Of a stretch of DNA of 20,000 bases, positions 18,311-20,000 are shown piece after piece. Source of the DNA: an uncultured virus (IMG/VR IMGVR_UViG_3300025603_000010). Its lineage: Duplodnaviria > Heunggongvirae > Uroviricota > Caudoviricetes. The notes beneath the pieces are model-generated. The model was not told the origin of the DNA. It saw only the letters and a list, made by a program, of their open reading frames with translations, and ran no database searches. Location: the IMG/VR virus record IMGVR_UViG_3300025603_000010; one strand, given 5' to 3'. The first letter of the stretch is position 1, and every line of letters begins with the position of its first letter. The position numbers and the translations under genes were made by a program.

Positions 18311-18498
18311 CGCCAGACTTGTTCCCAGACCTGATCCCTGACTTGATCAATGACTTGATCCATGACTTGATCCATGACTTGAGCGTTGACTTGAACCCTG
18401 ACTTGAGCCCAGACTTGATCCATGACTTGATTGCTGACTTGATTCCAGACTTGAAGATAGACTTGATCCATGACTTGAGCCCTGATGGATTTCAGCAA
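18271..18498 (-). CDS. QVxx tetrapeptide-repeat protein A (75 aa, 16 units)
   Basis: TTG start with a GAGGA SD 8 nt upstream; sequence (M)LKSIRA-(QVxx)16-DIEM*; in frame with the DUF6745-like gene. Confidence 0.7.
   Translation of the reverse strand: MLKSIRAQVMDQVYLQVWNQVSNQVMDQVWAQVRVQVNAQVMDQVMDQVIDQVRDQVWEQVWRQVKAQVWDDIEM
18286..18477. repeat. 12-bp tandem array: 16 x (variable 6 nt + gacttg)
   Basis: Directly visible; one unit has gacctg at 18328-18333, a synonymous Gln codon. Confidence 0.97.
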
Positions 18499-18501
18499 TA
18501 A

Positions 18502-19362
18502 TCAAGTCCTCACTTCAAGCTGTCGGAGAAGGTCGCCGTCCAAACCATAGGTCCAAGCATTAGCATCAAGGGCAGTCTTCATTTCCGGGGGAACTGGCAA
18601 GGCAAACTCCCGCCCAGTTCCACAGCGTACTTTGAGAAACTTCTCACGGCCAATATCAGGAATAGTCACCTCAACCAATGTGCCAATCATTGGATCATCA
18701 TCACAATCAATCACAGATGCATCCAGCTTCCGAAGAATTGTAGCCCAACCGATAATTTCACATGCACATCGGCGCTGCTCAACATTTTCCCAATTAAGGG
18801 CAGTTTCAGGAGCAAGCCCTGCCTTGTTAGTAATCCATTCAGCAGGGATACGAACACCATGCCAAGCGAACACTGAATAACCATCACGATAGCAAATAGC
18901 AGGGCCATCCTCACAGTGCAGCAGATTTCGGTCATCAAACTTGATTACTTCTGGCCGATCCTGAAAGACAACCGTATCTTCATATACGTTCAACCATCCA
19001 CAATATTTGGCAAGCTCTGTGATACCATCCAGTTTTTCACAATCTTTGATTTTTAGAACATTGCGAAAATATTCATAAAACGCCAGCCAACTTGCATCAT
19101 GGCTACGATAGATCATATCAGACACGATAGTCGATGCCGACATGGAAGGGTCAAGCTCTTGAATGATTCGAACTGCATCCATAGGACTTTTAGCCTGATA
19201 AAAATTGACAGGATTCTTGATACCAGCCAAGTTATATGCTTTGCAAACTGCATCTTTTGATTTCTCAAAATCAATCGGATCAGTTGACAGCCCAATTTTT
19301 AGCCACTTATCACGATAGACATCAAATTGCGCTTCTTGTTCGGCAGTAAGTTTTTCAATCAT
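18502..19362 (-). CDS. DUF6745-like protein (286 aa)
   Basis: MIEKLTAEQEA..., HDASWLAFYEYF, ELAKYCGW, RPEVIKFDDRNLLHCEDGPAICYRDGYSVFAWHGVRIP, NVEQRRCACEIIGW and LKVRCGTGREFALPVPP are motifs I associate with DUF6745. Confidence 0.8.
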   Translation of the reverse strand: MIEKLTAEQEAQFDVYRDKWLKIGLSTDPIDFEKSKDAVCKAYNLAGIKNPVNFYQAKSPMDAVRIIQELDPSMSASTIVSDMIYRSHDASWLAFYEYFRNVLKIKDCEKLDGITELAKYCGWLNVYEDTVVFQDRPEVIKFDDRNLLHCEDGPAICYRDGYSVFAWHGVRIPAEWITNKAGLAPETALNWENVEQRRCACEIIGWATILRKLDASVIDCDDDPMIGTLVEVTIPDIGREKFLKVRCGTGREFALPVPPEMKTALDANAWTYGLDGDLLRQLEVRT

Positions 19363-19385
19363 TATATTTCACTTTCTAATTTCTG

Positions 19386-19495
19386 ATTATAACTAATAGT
19401 ATCATATCTAAAGGATTTTGTCAAGAAGAATCTGAGTTGTTGTCAAATAAAGTTTCTACATCTCTATATCATCCCAGACTTGAGCCCTGACTTGA
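19386..19495. repeat. Direct repeat copy 2 (~110 bp: 3' end of a QV-repeat gene plus promoter)
   Basis: Matches 18200-18310 at an offset of 1185-1186 bp. Confidence 0.95.
19396..19424 (-). promoter_or_regulatory. Sigma70-type early promoter TTGACA-17-(TGn)TACTAT
   Basis: -35 at 19419-19424 and -10 at 19396-19401; upstream of the DUF6745-like gene. Confidence 0.85.
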
Positions 19496-19632
19496 TCCAT
19501 GACTTGATCCCAGACTTGATCCATGACTTGAGCCCTGACTTGATCCCAGACTTGATCCATGACTTGATCCCAGACTTGATCCATGACTTGAGCCCTGACT
19601 TGATTCTTGACTTGATTGCTGACAGATTTCAT
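19456..19632 (-). CDS. QVxx tetrapeptide-repeat protein B (58 aa, 12 units), absent from the ORF track
   Basis: Hand translation: MKSVSNQVKNQVRAQVMDQVWDQVMDQVWDQVRAQVMDQVWDQVMDQVRAQVWDDIEM*. ATGA overlap with gene C. Confidence 0.75.
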   Translation of the reverse strand: MKSVSNQVKNQVRAQVMDQVWDQVMDQVWDQVRAQVMDQVWDQVMDQVRAQVWDDIEM

Positions 19633-19898
19633 TGTATATCATCCCAGACTTGATCCCTGACTTGATTGGTGACTTGTTCCCTGACTTGATTGCTGACTTG
19701 ATTCCAGACTTGATTCCAGACTTGAAGATAGACTTGAGTGTTGACTTGATCCCAGACTTGATCATTGACTTGATCCCAGACTTGATCCATGACTTGATCC
19801 CAGACTTGATTGCTGACTTGAACCCTGACTTGAGCGTTGACTTGAACCCTGACTTGAGCCCAGACTTGATCCATGACTTGATTGCTGACAGATTTCAT
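19629..19898 (-). CDS. QVxx tetrapeptide-repeat protein C (89 aa, 20 units)
   Basis: MKSVSN-(QVxx)20-DIQ*; ATGA overlaps at both ends. Confidence 0.8.
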   Translation of the reverse strand: MKSVSNQVMDQVWAQVRVQVNAQVRVQVSNQVWDQVMDQVWDQVNDQVWDQVNTQVYLQVWNQVWNQVSNQVREQVTNQVRDQVWDDIQ

Positions 19899-20000
19899 TG
19901 TATATCATCCCAGACTTGATCCCTGACTTGATTGGTGACTTGTTCCCTGACTTGATTGCTGACTTGATTCCAGACTTGATTCCAGACTTGAAGATAGACT
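19895..20000 (-). CDS. QVxx tetrapeptide-repeat protein D, 3' fragment (runs off window end)
   Basis: ...VYLQVWNQVWNQVSNQVREQVTNQVRDQVWDDIQ*, identical to the end of gene C; its TGA overlaps the ATG of gene C. Confidence 0.7.
   Translation of the reverse strand, partial: VYLQVWNQVWNQVSNQVREQVTNQVRDQVWDDIQ

Larger units (their letters stand above)
19471..20000. repeat. 12-bp tandem arrays (12 + 20 + at least 7 units) broken by identical stop/start junctions, with a higher-order 266-bp duplication
   Basis: gacttg recurs every 12 nt; 19608-19734 is identical to 19874-20000; a 60-bp sub-repeat lies at 19501/19561. Confidence 0.97.

Noticed and set aside
643..18880. Numerous plus-strand and nested alternative-frame ORFs in the track (e.g. 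2211-2687, 2706-3167, 15693-16310, 16487-16960)
   Set aside because: They are antisense or out-of-frame shadows of well-supported minus-strand genes and show no motifs or independent signals.
14394..19897. TGA stop-codon reassignment
   Set aside because: TGA ends several genes exactly at ATGA/TGATG coupling junctions, and the long genes are uninterrupted under the standard code.
18232..19919. Plus-strand PDLI-repeat ORFs (18232-18501, 19632-19919) and the minus-strand IKSG/SSQG ORF (19469-19765)
   Set aside because: These are shadow frames of a stop-free 12-bp repeat. Only the QV frame has consistent heads and tails, SD or ATGA coupling, and promoter orientation.
18286..20000. CRISPR array interpretation of the constant/variable repeats
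   Set aside because: The constant part is 6 nt and the variable part 6 nt, reused many times. This is far from CRISPR repeat/spacer sizes, there are no cas genes, and the units maintain a reading frame.
18271..20000. Diversity-generating retroelement (TR/VR pair)
   Set aside because: No reverse transcriptase is present in the window. Differences between copies are in unit order and number rather than adenine-specific substitutions, and the adenines of CAAGTC are almost invariant.
1..20000. tRNA/rRNA genes, introns, inteins, homing endonucleases, transposases
   Set aside because: None were recognisable. Intergenic gaps are short, and UvsX, gp6 and gp25 are of normal length.

Overview
This window is a segment of a large T4-like (Tevenvirinae/Kyanoviridae-type, probably aquatic) myophage genome, and every credible gene lies on the minus strand. 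Positions 1-14.9 kb hold a late structural module: gp5 hub without a recognisable lysozyme domain, a hypothetical protein, PAAR, an M15-like peptidase protein, a basic hypothetical protein, gp25, gp6, a very long acidic-repeat gp7, a gp9/gp10-type fibre, two accessory genes and the start of gp8. T4 late promoters (TATAAATA) sit in front of these genes. Next come a 2OG-Fe(II) oxygenase, small ORFs and an isolated uvsX. The region from 17.6 to 20 kb is an early, sigma70-promoter accessory region and holds the most unusual element. At least four small genes are built almost entirely from a 12-bp unit (constant CAAGTC plus a variable hexamer, encoding QVxx). They are interleaved with a DUF6745-like gene and a His-rich 'QGD...RQREY' gene, and a ~110-bp block (gene end plus promoter) is duplicated on either side of the DUF6745-like gene and its downstream repeat gene. 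Family calls come from motif recognition by eye; no database searches were run.
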